Positions 47,334-60,760 are shown, counted from the stretch's first letter. The stretch: DNA of 64,000 nucleotides from Octopus sinensis (GCF_006345805.1 NC_043020.1:15314001-15378000); one strand, 5' to 3'. Notes: generated by a model not told the origin, from the sequence alone. Numbers and translations: made by a program.

Positions 47334-49178
47334 TCGTAGTATGTGTGTGTGTGTGTATAATGACTAACGCATATATTTCCACAATTTTCAACCGATTTTC
47401 ACCAAACTTTACACGCATATTATTTATGTCCCAAGGATGGTCATGCACTATAACATTTTGCCCAGAGCTCCCGCGTATGTAGGGTCTTCCATACTTTTTA
47501 AATCTTTCTATAAAAGTGAAAAGAGTTTGTCTATTTTTTTTTATTTCCGCTATCCACCAGCGACGGTGATTATATTGGCCAGGAACATACATTTCCACAA
47601 TTCTCAACCGATTTTCACCAAACTTTGCGCACACATTACTTATGTCCCAAGAATCGTCATGCACTAAGCATTTTACCCAGAACTCCCACGTAAATGGACG
47701 TTGTAAATTGACAGTTTTTTGTATGTAGGGTTTTCCATACCATTTTAATCTTTTTATAAAAGTGAAAGGATTATGTCTATGTATTTATTTCGACTGTCCA
47801 CCTGCCACGGTGGTTAAATTGACTAGGAACACTATATGCGATAAATATCCAATACCAAACAATCTTAATCTACATTTTTAAACTGCATTAAGCTTTGGCA
47901 AGCTTACCTTTATCTATTCTTAGTTACTTGAAATATGATGTTCCCTTCCCTCTCTTATATTTGTTGATACATTTGTTTACCTACCAATTCGTTGTTTCTC
48001 TTTAAGGATGCTTATTTAGCCATCCATTATGATATTTCGACTGTTGTCCATTGTTTAAAATACGTTTTAGCATTGTCGGGGTCAATAAACAATCACATAT
48101 GATTCGTCCCAAAGAATCAACCTTTAAATAAGAATTTTGCTTCTCCTAGCGAAAGCTATACGTATCTTTCAGAAAGCTCCACACCAATTTTACCCAGAGC
48201 TGTTTGTTTATGCGCAAGCTATGTGGGAAGACAGAACAAAGGGGTTTTTGGTAGCTTATCTCTCCGAAAAAATAGCTCCCTTTGCTGTTGGAAAAAATAA
48301 ACTCGCAGAGAGAAAGTTTCAACGTGTTCCTTCAATTTCATTACACGGTGGAGTTATGATGTAAGCACGTGTTAAAACCCCTCATAACTTTTTTTATTCA
48401 AAACTTCTTCACCACTCTTCCAACTTCATTTTTCCTCTTAAAAAGAAGATTTCGTCTACTTGGACTCATGTCGTACCACTGTACGGCTCTCTGTCTGCTA
48501 ATAGTGTTGATGGACATGCCGCATGTCACTGGCATTTCATATATAAAGTTCAGGATTATGTGGAAAATTTTGAAGACCGTCAATTGACTCTTTTTCCATT
48601 AAAGTATTAAAAAATTATTTGGAAATTGTAATGAGAAACGAATGGTAGATTCGGACTATCTGTATTATAAAATCATGAATTAAAAAAAAATTGAGGCAAG
48701 GTGGGAATTTTAAAAAAAATGGTTTTTCTTTTTTGCATAATCGTATTAATTCCATAATGCAGAAGAAGACAGAACTGAAAAAATTTTGTAAAATTTTATA
48801 AAGATAAAAAAGTTATGAGGGGTTTTAGCACATGCTTACGTCATAACTCCGCCCATTACACCATTTCTGTGGCTGTTTCTGACAAGAAATTACGCTTTCA
48901 TGTAAAACAACTATATTTTGTAGTCATTATCCGTAATCTACTCCCAAAACACTTCAGTAACTCTACTTTGCATCGCTTGCAAACTTATATGTTCTATGAT
49001 CATTAAAAGTATAACGACTTCCACTATAACTGGCCTTCAATTTCATTTTCCGTTCCTAGGTTATTCGGAAATATAGATTGCCATGCTACTCATAAATCTT
49101 CTGGGTAGTTCAATTATCTGGTGAAAAAAATACCAACAAAAGAACTTAAACCGTCCAAAGGACGGGTGCATTTGCTAG
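47334..49178 (+). mobile_element. 1.85-kb non-autonomous Helitron
   Basis: Probable A|TC start at 47334; CCGTCC-AAA-GGACGG hairpin 10 nt before CTAG|T; internal ~218-bp tandem duplication at 47370-47810. Confidence 0.65.
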
Positions 49179-49420
49179 TATATATATATATATATTAAAC
49201 TTTTAATACTTTTGATATATATTTAAAATAATATAAATTAATTAATTTTATGTATTGGCTTATGTTTTTCATTGTTTGATTTGCCTAATAGTGGTTTTAT
49301 CTTTAATTTAATATAATATAATATAATATATTTATACTATAAAATTGGATTTAATCCTAAATCTGATTTTTCCCTGTAAGTTTGAATTTATTCCCTAATA
49401 TTTTATTATTAATATATATA

Positions 49421-49487
<67 letters not shown>

Positions 49488-49739
49488 TCTTTCCGTGGCG
49501 TCTCCCGTACTCTGGCTGTTCGGACTTAGCTCAAGTATAAATTTAGGAAAGTGAACGCGTATTTGCAAGTTGATTTAATTTCTGCCAACACTGACTTCAA
49601 GTATGTAATTACAGCCAATAACTCGGGCTCCTTCTATTGAGCTTGGTTGTAGTTCCTTTATTTTTGATCAGCGTCTGGCAGTCATATTAGAGGTGCCCTT
49701 TGTCAAAAAATATCATTCGTAGCAAACGTTCTCTCGTCA

Positions 49740-50084
49740 TCTCTCTATATATAAACGGCAAAATGTCTGTCTGTGTGTGTGTCCTTTATATAAATCTACA
49801 ATTTTTCAGTTAGAGGGCTTGCACTTTCTATGGTCATTCAAAACCGTCCAAGGATGGTCGTGCACATCTTTACATTTCTCCAGTCACCTTGTAAAGCCAT
49901 TAAAAAATCAATAGAAGTGACTTTTTTTGTGAATTTTCTATCCAAAACCCAATCAAAATGCCCGAAACTTGATACGCCAATTGAATGCCAGCTAGCTGTA
50001 TGTGATTGGTCGGAGATTTGGACAGTACTCGCGTGTATGTGCGCACGCACGCAGCTGTATATGCATGCACTAGCACTATGACCC
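49740..50084 (+). mobile_element. Non-autonomous Helitron, family H1, 3' hairpin arm lost
   Basis: A|TC start; near-identical to 26522-26886. Confidence 0.85.
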
Positions 50085-51633
50085 CAGCCCCAGCAATAGC
50101 TGTTATTAAAAGTAATTCAAATTCAATGTTTTCTTGAAGCAATAAATTTCTATTGAGATTAGGATTTAAATTCCAATCTATGAAAAGTTTTCGTTCCACA
50201 ATATTCTTAAAGGAACGCAAAATTATCCAGCAACTCGAGCTAATAGAACGAGCTTGGTAGATGTAAAAGACTAACTCTTGTCAAGGGTACAAGCGACAGT
50301 CAGATCGCTGATGTTTGTTGTACACTCTGCTGTCGTTATTTGATTGCTGTTGTTCTGTACGTCTGTGTAAATATCAGTTGAGTCTTGCAGGGTTGCTTTA
50401 TTTTTACTCTTAACTAGAAATGGAGAAAGACATAGTGCAAGATATTAAAAAAAAAGCCATTTGGTGCTAGGAAGAAAGCGGAAAAACGCGAAATTCTTCG
50501 AGCAGGCATGTGTCTTATGCGAAATCTGTGATCAGCCCGAGTGATGCTGATGACTTGGAGTCGCCTCTGCTATATACATATAGACATGCATGCATGCATA
50601 CATACATACATACATACATACATACATACATACATACATACGTACGTACGCGCGCGCGCACACACACACACATACATACATATATACAATTCACTTGTTA
50701 CTAGTTGTGACTGATGGTGCAAAGTAGCGCCTACATTGCTAGAAATAAGAGTTAAAAAAGAGTTAATGTGGCGAGCTGGCAGAAACGTTAGCACGCCGGG
50801 TGAAATGTGTAGCCGTATTTCGTCTGCCGTTACGTTCTGAGTTCAAATTCCACCGAGGTCGACTTTGCCTTTCATCCTTTCGGGGTCGATAAATTAAGTA
50901 CCAATTACGCACTGGGGTCGATGTAATCGACTTAAATCCGTTTGTCTGTCCTTGTTTGTCTCGACTGTGTTTAGCCCCTTGTGGGTAGTAAAGAAATAGG
51001 TATTTCGTCTGCCGCTACGTTCTGAGTTCAAATTCCGCCGAGATCGACTTTGCCTTTCATCCTTTCGGGGTCAATAAATAAAGTACCAGTTACGCACTGG
51101 GGTCAATGTAATCGACTTAATCCCTTTGTCTGTCCTTGTTTGTCCCCTCAATGTTTAGCCCCTTATGGGCAATAAGGAAATAAGAAATAAGAGTCAAAAA
51201 GCCCTTACACCCGCAGGAAACACATTTCCATATACTGACAGGGGACATAACCGCCTCAAAGCGAGCGAGATCACTATACTATAGTTTCATTTGAAAATTA
51301 CTAACTCATCAGTATTGACTACTCCGTCGCTGGATGGTTTAGCTAAATCCCGACTGTCAGTATATATATTTACCATATAAACTTGTGACTGATTTAGCAA
51401 AATGCTAATGTAAAAATTATGAAATGATTTGTACCTCACTTCACAGCTTGACAATCAGTATTGGTGTGCTTACGTCCCCATTAGTTAACGGTTCGGCAAA
51501 ATTGGTCGATAGAATAAGCGCCAAGCTTAAAAATAATAATTACTGGGATCAATTCATTCGACCAAATAATTATTCGAGGCGGTGCTCCAGCATGGCCGCA
51601 GTTTAATGACTGAAATAAATAAAAGATAAAAGA

Positions 51634-51706
<73 letters not shown>

Positions 51707-51707
<1 letters not shown>

Positions 51708-52661
51708 AGGCGTTCTATAGAGGATTAGTGGAGGGGAGGTGCGACGACGTTCTCGGGCAGAATCTGGGCGTCGACGAGAGACATCTGACCCGCCTGTTCA
51801 GGACAACTTTCGGGCCGGGACCTATGGACAATCACCAAAGATCTCTGGCCTGGCAGTGCTATCGAGAAGCATTACCTGTTCGGGATAAGCTCTACAGGCA
51901 CGGTTCGAGACACACTGGACCGACTTGCCCGAGATGCGGTCAGAGCGACGAAACCGTTCTGCACGCTCTCGTGCAGTGTCCATCCATTTCGGACCTGTGG
52001 GCTTATGCCGAACGGCTGCTGTCGCGTGTGGGACGAGTCCGCCTGTCGGCCGAGTCTATCGTAAAATTGGCCCCCTTCCCTCAACCGGGAAGGCAAGGCA
52101 GTTTTCATCGTACTGGTGGCTATAGTGAAAGAATGTGTGTGGTGGACTCGAGCGAAAGGATTAGTGACAAACACTTACCTCTCTGGCCAATCGCTCATCA
52201 ATTTTTTCAAGTACCACTTGAAAAGGAAGGTGAGAATGGAAAGGCAGGTTTTGTCCCGTGAAACTTTCAAAAAAAAGGTGGGTGAATGTAGCAAAGATGG
52301 TGCGTGCGAGTGATGAAACCACTTTGAGCATGATCCTGTAAATCGTAAAAGAGAGAGAGAGAGAGCACTTTGCTCTCATGTGTTTTTTCCTTCCTGCCTG
52401 AGGTTACTGTGGTATTTTCTGTAGGCTTTTCTTTCCACGGATGAACCTAATCTTGTTTGTTACTTTGAAAGAAAAAAATTTTTTTCTTTCTGTGATACAC
52501 GATCCCTTTTGATCGCTTTTTTTTTCTTCCGATCCCTTTTGATCGAAATTTTACATTTGTTTCCTTTTTTTCTTCTTTTTCCTTTTCCACCTCTGAAAAG
52601 AAAAGCTGTACATTTGTAATTGTCCCCTCTGTGTCCAGCCCTGTGTGGCCAATAAAGAAAG
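51707..52661 (+). mobile_element. Tx1/L1-clade LINE 3' fragment (zf-RVT CCHC plus 3' UTR)
   Basis: ORF 51728..52261 contains AWQCYREALPVRDKL...CPRCGQSDETVLHALVQC; AATAAA at the end. Confidence 0.88.
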
Positions 52662-52766
52662 TTATCTATCTACCTACCTACCTACATACCTATCCATCCA
52701 TCCATCCATCCATCCATCCATCCATCCATCCATCCATCCATCCATCCATCCATCCATCCATCCATC

Positions 52767-52843
<77 letters not shown>

Positions 52844-53778
52844 GTTTAAAGCGTTTAAAGTTTGTATTTTTTCTGTTGCCATTGTTATAAGTAAATATAA
52901 TAGTTTACTTGATATTAAGCTCACTGCTGTTTAGTTTTAAATGCATAATATTTTGAAAAATATTATCTATTGGTACAATTTTGCAATTTGTCTCCATTTC
53001 CCTCTCTCCCCATCTTTCTCTCTCTCTCCCTCTTTGTCTCGCTCTCTTTTTTCTGTGATCGTTCCTCCTCTGACATGTGCATCAAAAGCTATTGTCTGCT
53101 ACTATACAATCGTGTTATGCATTTAAACTAATCAGTCTCATGCAAGACCGGATTAAGGCCAACTAACGCCCTAAGCGCAGCCCTTATATAATGGCTCTTC
53201 CTGGCTTGTCTTTGGATTAAGCGATAAGACATAATAAACGCCGAAAGTGAAATGATAGATTAAAAATTGAGTAAGAGAATTTCTAGTAAGCCACTGAACT
53301 CCATTAAATATCTTAGAGGCTTGCCATAGAAAATCCACGAGTGATGAACGTTCAGTTTTATAGCCGATTGCTTATGGTAAATACAGTTTGCCACGGTAAA
53401 TAAGGTATTGAGTGAATAGAATATTCCTCGTTATCATTAATTAAGTCATAAAATATGCATATAGTTACATGTATGTATGTATTGGTTGAAATTGCAGAAA
53501 TTGAAGAAAAAAACAACAACAAATATCTTACAAACTAAAGTCGACCTTGGTGGAATTTGAACTCAGAACGTAACGGCAGACGAAATACGGCTACACATTT
53601 CGCCCGGCGTGCTAACGTTTCTGCCAACTCGCCACCTTAACTCTTTTTTAACTCTTATTTCTAGCATGTATGTATGTATGTATGTATGTATGTATGTATG
53701 TATGTATGTATGTATGTATGTATGTATGTATGTATGTATGTATGTATGTATGTATGTATGTATGTATGTATGTATGTA

Positions 53779-54342
53779 GGCTGGAACATTAGAACAGTCT
53801 TGTCCAGGCAAATGCTGAGTCCAAATGCCCTGCAAGAAGCAGAACTGCAATTCATGAGAAGGATAGAAGGATTCCTAAGCAGATGATCTATGGAGAACTT
53901 GTGAATGGAAGGAGACTCCGACCGAAACCAAGGCTGCGATCTAAGGACTGTGTCAAGTCCTCATTAAAGGCCTGTGATATGCTGGACACTGACTGGGAGA
54001 ACAATGCCTGTCATCGCCACAGATGGAGGAAGCAGGTTAAGGAGGAGATCGACACTTTTGAGAGAGCACGTATCCAGCATGAAGAACTTAAGCGAGCTGC
54101 ACGAAAGCGCACGGCTCGTATAGTGAATGGGGAAAGCTTGGTCTGCAATGTTTGCAGTCGTGTATGCTTGTCAAGAGCAGGGCTCATTAGACACCAACGG
54201 AGCCGCAAATGCAAAATATAAGTTAGTCCTAGGGCGCACAATGTTCCTGAAGGTCGGCAATGGTCTTCCTCGGTCACGAGTGGACGGCCATCATTATGTA
54301 TGTATGTATGTATGTATGTATGTATGTATGTATGTATGTATG
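53779..54342 (+). mobile_element. RTE LINE 3' fragment with terminal C2H2 finger and (TATG)n tail
   Basis: ORF 53883..54221 contains MIYGELVNGRR...PRLRSKDCVK...CNVCSRVCLSRAGLIRHQR, preceded by RIPKQ in a shifted frame. Confidence 0.88.
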
Positions 54343-54819
54343 CATTTATATATAATCTTAAATTAAAGTCCACAAATATAGTTACCCAGGGTTTCCTGGT
54401 TGAAATTATAATTTATTCCGCCGTTTATCAAGCTGGAAGCAAAATCGTTCGTCAGTTATCTTTTGAGCAGATAACAGTGAAGCAAGAGACACTTGTAAGG
54501 AAAAAAGATAAAAAAAAAGAAAGAAAGAAGAAAAAAAAGGGAACACACAAGGGAGATAACCAACGTTACAACAATTCGCTGTGAAGCAGACCTAAACCAG
54601 ATGTTAATAGTTTACTAAATATCCGGTGGTCTAGTTTTAAATTCCAACAAGATGTATGTTTTGAAATATGGGCATCAAGAAAGATCTCGTTCCTCGAATT
54701 TGTATATACGATACAGTATTTCAAGCGATCGCATTGAACAGTTTTGATGCGCTAATATAGTCTGGATTTAGAAAAGATTTTCCATTCGATATCGAAATAT
54801 AAATATATAAATCATTTAT

Positions 54820-54863
<44 letters not shown>

Positions 54864-55761
54864 ATCTATATGTGTGTGTCTTTGTGTTTGTGTTTGTCCC
54901 CTCCACCGCTTGACATCCGGTGCTGGTGTATTTACGTTCCTGTAACCTATCGGTTCGGTAAGAGAGAACGATAGAACAAGTACCAGGCTTAAAAAATAAG
55001 CACTAGGGGTCGATTAATTCGACTAAAAATTTTCTCCAAGGTGGTGCCCCAGCATGGCCGCAGTCTGAAACAAGTAAAAGAAAAGATGAAAGATATATTA
55101 TTCAATAAAATAAAATAAAATAATGCAACAAAATAAAACAAAGTAAAATCAAATAAAACTGCAATGTCGGCCATGCTGGAGAAGCATCTTGAAGAATTTT
55201 AGCCGAAGGAATCGACCCCAATTCTCATTTTTATTTTTATTTTTTAAAAATCTGGCACTTATTCTATCGGTCCCTTTGCCGAACAGCTTAGTTACGGAGA
55301 CGTAAACACACCTGCACCGGTTGCCAAGTAGTGGTAGGGGACAACCACCAGAATAATCTAGTAATGGAGTAGGGCTTAATGATGGATTCTATGAAGTGTG
55401 AATGATCAAAAAGTAGATGGAAGATGGAGTTAGGTTCGTATGATTAGTTTCTGGGGAATGGACTAAGTCAGAAGAGGTATTTTCTGGCTAATAATATCTA
55501 AATGAACTAAATATTGGGCTTACTTTAGGGAGTCCTGATTTTAGGACTGGCGTTTAGAATTTCAGTTACTTGACACATACGTAGTCTGGAATAAGAAAAA
55601 GGAGTCTACTGTATGCGAATGTGGGATTCCGCCATAAAAAGTTAAATATTGGGAACGGGAAGAAAAATAGAAATCTTAAGGTGTCTCTATACAACTATAC
55701 GGTTTACAGCAGATACTAAATTCAAATACCGCGGGCGATGTTATGACCTCCACCGCAATCT

Positions 55762-55795
<34 letters not shown>

Positions 55796-55849
55796 ATATA
55801 TATATTATATATATTAATTTCCAACCAGGAATCGGAACCTTGGTCTCAT

Positions 55850-57288
55850 GAACCATGGGCGACCTAATGAACTCTAGATCGGAGTTCATCACTTAATGCA
55901 AACATTTCGACAAGTTTCTATTATCGAATACCGCCCTCTCCGGATTGGGCATAGTCTCACTAACTTTAACCTTTCTCCGACGAATTAACTAGGCCAACTA
56001 CTCTAACGAACCAAAGGGAAACAATTCCTATCTCCCTTGCCCCTTTTTTGTTTCCTCTTTTCATTTACTTCTCTCTCGTTCTTTCATTTACTTACTCTCT
56101 CTCGTTCATGCTCGTTCTTTTTCGCTTTTTCTGAGAAAGTATTCATGTTCTATCTTGAGCCTGAATGACTGCATGATAGAACACGACTCGTCCGACTATT
56201 GTAGTATTAGAGCATGAAACTTAGACGAGTTTACTTTCTATTCTGTTGTTTTCTAAAGCAATATCTTTGCTAAAACTAACTTGCGCCTCAAGATTTTCCT
56301 TTTTAAGGAGACCTCCCGTCAATTTATGTTTAAGTAGTCGGCCGTTTTTTCTAGCGGTGTCATATGAAATTGTCACCCATAATTATGACCCTAGTATCGA
56401 TCTATTGCATTTCAATCTATTTTAGATTTAGGGTTAGTTAGGGTTAGGGTTAGGGTTAGGGATGGGGGAAGGGGGAAGGGTATCTTTTTTTTCTTCACAA
56501 ATGTAAATAAACCCAATCTGTTTCTTAAACGAGGGACATATTCATACAGCACGGAATGTTGTTTACGTCAATGGAAGAAATTAAAGACGAAATATGTTAC
56601 AAACTATAGAATTTTCTCAAGAAAGCCAAGAGAAAATGATGTTTTATAAACACATTCTACCAGTATACGAAGTTTAAAATTTTTTAGTTACCTAGAAACT
56701 ATGTTAAAAACTGCCGTTCAAACCGAAAAGATCCAAGTAGTCTACTAATCCGGTCCCAAAAATCTATCCGCGCCGGGAAGGACGCGTTCCTTTTCCAATA
56801 ACCAGGTCCTAGTTTAATCGTTTTTCCTAAGTTGACTGTAAAGGTCCCTAATTTGTGATCTGAATAACCAACGATCTGAAAATGTAGGCAACTTATACTA
56901 TGCCTATCTGCTAGCTTAATAAAAACCCTATCTAAGTATGACCTGGATGACCCACTGTGATTTGACCAAGTCAACAATGGTGTATTTGGGTGATCAAGGC
57001 GGAACCTGTCATACAGTTGGAAATGCCTGAGCAAGTTAGCGAGGCTTTTGTGCCCCACTCTCCTATCTGCTATTGCTACGTAATCTCTGCTTGTGTCTAA
57101 GGCCCCTTCCAGTCACCCACTAGCACTAACAAGCGACATGTCCCTAGGAAAGTCTCTAGACGTCTAAAGATATCTGGCCGTCCTGTCCCTGTTTAGTCAT
57201 AGTCTGCCCCTAATCTAAAGGCTTCCCCCCGTTGACTTCCTTGCTGCTTACGTCTAAGATCACTATCCTACCGACCAGCTCGAGGAAA
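55850..57288 (-). mobile_element. Tx1 ORF2 endonuclease fragment, interrupted by a MITE
   Basis: ORF 56699..57058 contains TWSN...SRSYLDRV...SDHKL...GPGYWK(R)N, the APE endonuclease of L1/Tx1. Confidence 0.85.
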
Positions 57289-57408
57289 ACACACACACAC
57301 ACACACACACACAAACGGAGTGAGAACCCCAAAGAGATAGATAAATAGATAGATAGATTAAAAGAGAGTGAGAGAGAGAGAGAGAGATAGATAGATAGAT
57401 AGATATAT

Positions 57409-57462
<54 letters not shown>

Positions 57463-57862
57463 TGAGAGTGAGTGAGTGAGGAATCGATTGAAGAAAGAGA
57501 TTTAATAGAAAACAAATAATTGCTTTCCAATGTTTTCCTTTTGCAATGGCGCAGTTTTGAAATGAAGAAATCAAACGTAAAAAAGAAAATGCAGAAAAGA
57601 AACCAAAAAAAAAAAAAACAAAAATTCACCCAGACTAGCAAAAGACAGAAGAAAATCTCGTCTGCCCGTGAAGATATGTGGGCTGGAGAAACTAAAATTT
57701 ATTCAGGTAAAGATTTATTTACGTGACAATATGATATAAATGTGGAGGCCTTTGGCATAAAATTCAGCAAGAATTTCAAACAAATACCTCTCGTACAATT
57801 TTCCGTTCTTTCCTTCCTTCCTTCTTTCTTTCTTTCTTTCCTTCTTTCTTTTTTTCTTTCCT

Positions 57863-57898
<36 letters not shown>

Positions 57899-58185
57899 TC
57901 GTTCGTTCTTTCCACATTATTCAGTTGTTTGAAGAAATGAAATAAGCTAATCAATAATAGGGAAAAGGAAAAAAAAAATATCTGGAATTTGCTTTCTATA
58001 AATGTTTGATGTTGTGTTGAGGGTTTTGTTTTCGATGCAGAGAATCTCTTAGTAAGACGTGAACCATTTTTTGTTCCTCGTGTTTGGTGTATTTGTTATC
58101 AAGACGTAGTTTAAGAACAGAGATGTATTGTGCAATAAAACCACAGATTAATTCCCTATATATATATATATATAAAATTCTTTTT

Positions 58186-58749
58186 CATAATGAGATAAAA
58201 AAAACCAAGGCTGAGCAGATTTTGGAACATTTATAGATAGAAGGTCTTACAGCTGTTTCCAGGATATTTATTAATTATATCCCTTCATCGGAGACGGTGT
58301 GAGAGGATGGTTAGTTTAGATGTGATATGGTCAAATCGAAAACAGGAAGAGAGGAATAAAGAAAGAGATTTGACCATAATAATACATTCCCTATTCCTAG
58401 GTCACTTTAAAGAAAAACCTTTGATTGAAAATACTGTGTATAGACTCGATATTTAGAATGACCAATTTTAAATACTGTTGGATTTCACTCATAAAGTATT
58501 GGAATCTTACATGTATACCATTTTGCCTTAAAAATGGATCTACAAATACAATATCCCTACATATCTCACATCTATTTTCTTTCTTCCACCTCACTCACTA
58601 TCTTGTATCTTATCTGAATTAACTATTACTTAACTATCCTCTCACACCGTCTCCGATGAAGGGATATAAATATCCTGGAAACAGCTGTAAGACCTTCTAT
58701 CTATAAATGTTCTAGAATCTACACAGCCTTGGTTTTTTATATCATTACG
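58186..58749. mobile_element. Inverted pair of Penelope-like pseudo-LTR fragments, each with a hammerhead-like motif
   Basis: Arms 58186-58312 and 58633-58749 are reverse complements of ~120 bp. Confidence 0.6.
58649..58693 (+). ncRNA. Minimal type I hammerhead-like motif (core CCGAUGA, U4C variant); second copy 58244-58295(-)
   Basis: GTCT-CCGATGA-A-GGGATA-taaa-TATCCT-G-GAAAC-AGCT-GTA-AGAC: helix I 4 bp, helix II 6 bp, helix III 2 bp with palindromic loop. Confidence 0.5.
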
Positions 58750-58932
58750 AAAAAATGTTTTTATATACACATGCTGACATACGACCAACGTTGAACCCCT
58801 TATTCGCAACATCACCGAACTTGGAACTTAACTATGGTCTATCTGTAGCACTTATTCAGCATTACCTGACACCTTTGGGTCTCAATGACAAAATTACCTC
58901 TCATAACCTCCTATACACCCCCCATATATATA

Positions 58933-59016
<84 letters not shown>

Positions 59017-59122
59017 TCAGTTGAATAACGTTTAAACGATCTGGTTTTCACGTTTTTTTATGGTATTTTAATAATGTTTTAACTGTTTTAACTTTATACT
59101 TTTCCTATTCACACAAATTCGA

Positions 59123-59185
<63 letters not shown>

Positions 59186-59194
59186 TATAATATA

Positions 59195-59236
<42 letters not shown>

Positions 59237-60000
59237 CACACACAAAAAAAAAACGGAATAAAAATGTAATGGTGTTCGGCTAAGCATGATCTTTCTTTCT
59301 TGGTTTGGCCATCACCCGAACAACACCTTATTTTCCTGTCTCCTGACTTCATCTATGTTTGTGCCTCAAGGCTTTCACTCCACACGCCAGCTCAACTTGA
59401 TTCGTCTTTATTAGTCGAAAGACACCTGTTGTTATTCTCTTGTTGTTTGTATTTGTAATCGTGTAACATTTTCCCTGTTTTCTCGTTTTTTGTCTGTGTT
59501 GTCGTACACATTCGTTTGCTTTCTTCCAAAAATTTAATGCCCTCAGCTCAGATTTTTGGGGCCTACCAATTTTGAACGGTCTCAAGTGTAACAGGCCGAA
59601 ACTGTAATGATAATTGGAAGCTTGACTGATGAATAGAGGGCCACGAATGATCCATCGTAGTTTTCTTGTCTGTCTTTGTATCGCCTATCTGTCCGTACGT
59701 TTTTATTGTCATCCGTTACGTTCTTCTCCCGTATTTTTGGATTTATATATATATATAGCAGCGTACGTACACATTTGCTCGCCTTGTAAATGTGTGTGTG
59801 TGTGGGGGGGGGTATATAAATTAGGGTACCGAAATACCAGCTTGCTAGAAATAGGAGTCAACACTTCAAAGCTACAAATTTCTCACTGTTAAGAAACATG
59901 TACGGTGAATGCAACGAGTATAATAAAAATAGGCCTTATCTTTGCATAAACTCTAATTTATTTGTATATTTTGCCTATTTAGGTTAAACTTATTGGCCAC

Positions 60001-60061
<61 letters not shown>

Positions 60062-60065
60062 TATT

Positions 60066-60257
60066 CAGTAGTATGTTTTTTATATCGCGCTTTCACTTCA
60101 CTACCGAGCGCAGCTCTGTGTGCCTTGGGTATGTGCTGTGATTTGTTGTGATGCTCTGATGGTTATTGTATGGAAAGTGTTCTGCGTAGGATGTGTGCAG
60201 TACCTAGTAGTGCAATTTTCTGTATGTTATATGTGTTTGTAAGTCCTGGTGTTTTTG

Positions 60258-60258
<1 letters not shown>
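60066..60258 (-). mobile_element. R4/Dong-clade non-LTR retrotransposon 3' end, flanked by (TAA)n
   Basis: Hand translation NIQKIALLGTAHILRRTLSIQ* (stop 60163-60165), then a short 3' UTR and (AAT)n. Confidence 0.8.
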
Positions 60259-60344
<86 letters not shown>

Positions 60345-60684
60345 GAGTGAGAGAGCAGTGCATGCCATCAAAGTGACACTGGGGTAAAATATACGAAGCC
60401 CAATATACCCATCATGACTACCCGTCTGATAAAGGTACACCAGGCACATGCATCACAACCATATGTGCGCGACATGGTGATCTCATATCAAGATAAACAG
60501 CACATGACCTTGCAGGTGGGGCCCAGTTAGAATTTTCTTCAGGTTGAGTAGCCCATCCCGCTCAAAAGGTCCCTGAATAAGGGTTGTTTAAGGATGTTGA
60601 AAGAACCACCCATGTTTCCAGAGGTGAATTATTCAAACCTCAAACAATCCCTCTCAACACATGGCTATGATGCTCCCCCACTAC
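60345..60684 (-). mobile_element. SINE-like element flanked on both sides by (TAA)n
   Basis: 340 bp with no ORF; degenerate A box TAGCCATGTGTTG and B box GGTTTGAATAA at the 5' end; (AAT)n tail. Confidence 0.6.

Positions 60685-60760
<76 letters not shown>

Larger units (their letters stand above)
60002..60760. repeat. Three (TAA)n arrays: 60002-60065, 60259-60344, 60685-60760
   Basis: Directly visible. Confidence 0.95.

Noticed and set aside
48095-48125. LILWDE resembling the Pif1/Helitron helicase motif II
   Set aside because: The frame is flanked by stops and no other helicase motif is nearby.
113-59300. Dozens of 60-120 aa ORFs with YIYI, HTYI, CVCV, LSIY or MDGSTGVWEARR content
   Set aside because: They are translations of microsatellites or of repeat copies, not genes.
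59595-59645. GGCCGAAAC...CTGATGA as a type II hammerhead
   Set aside because: No convincing helix I or helix II can be formed.
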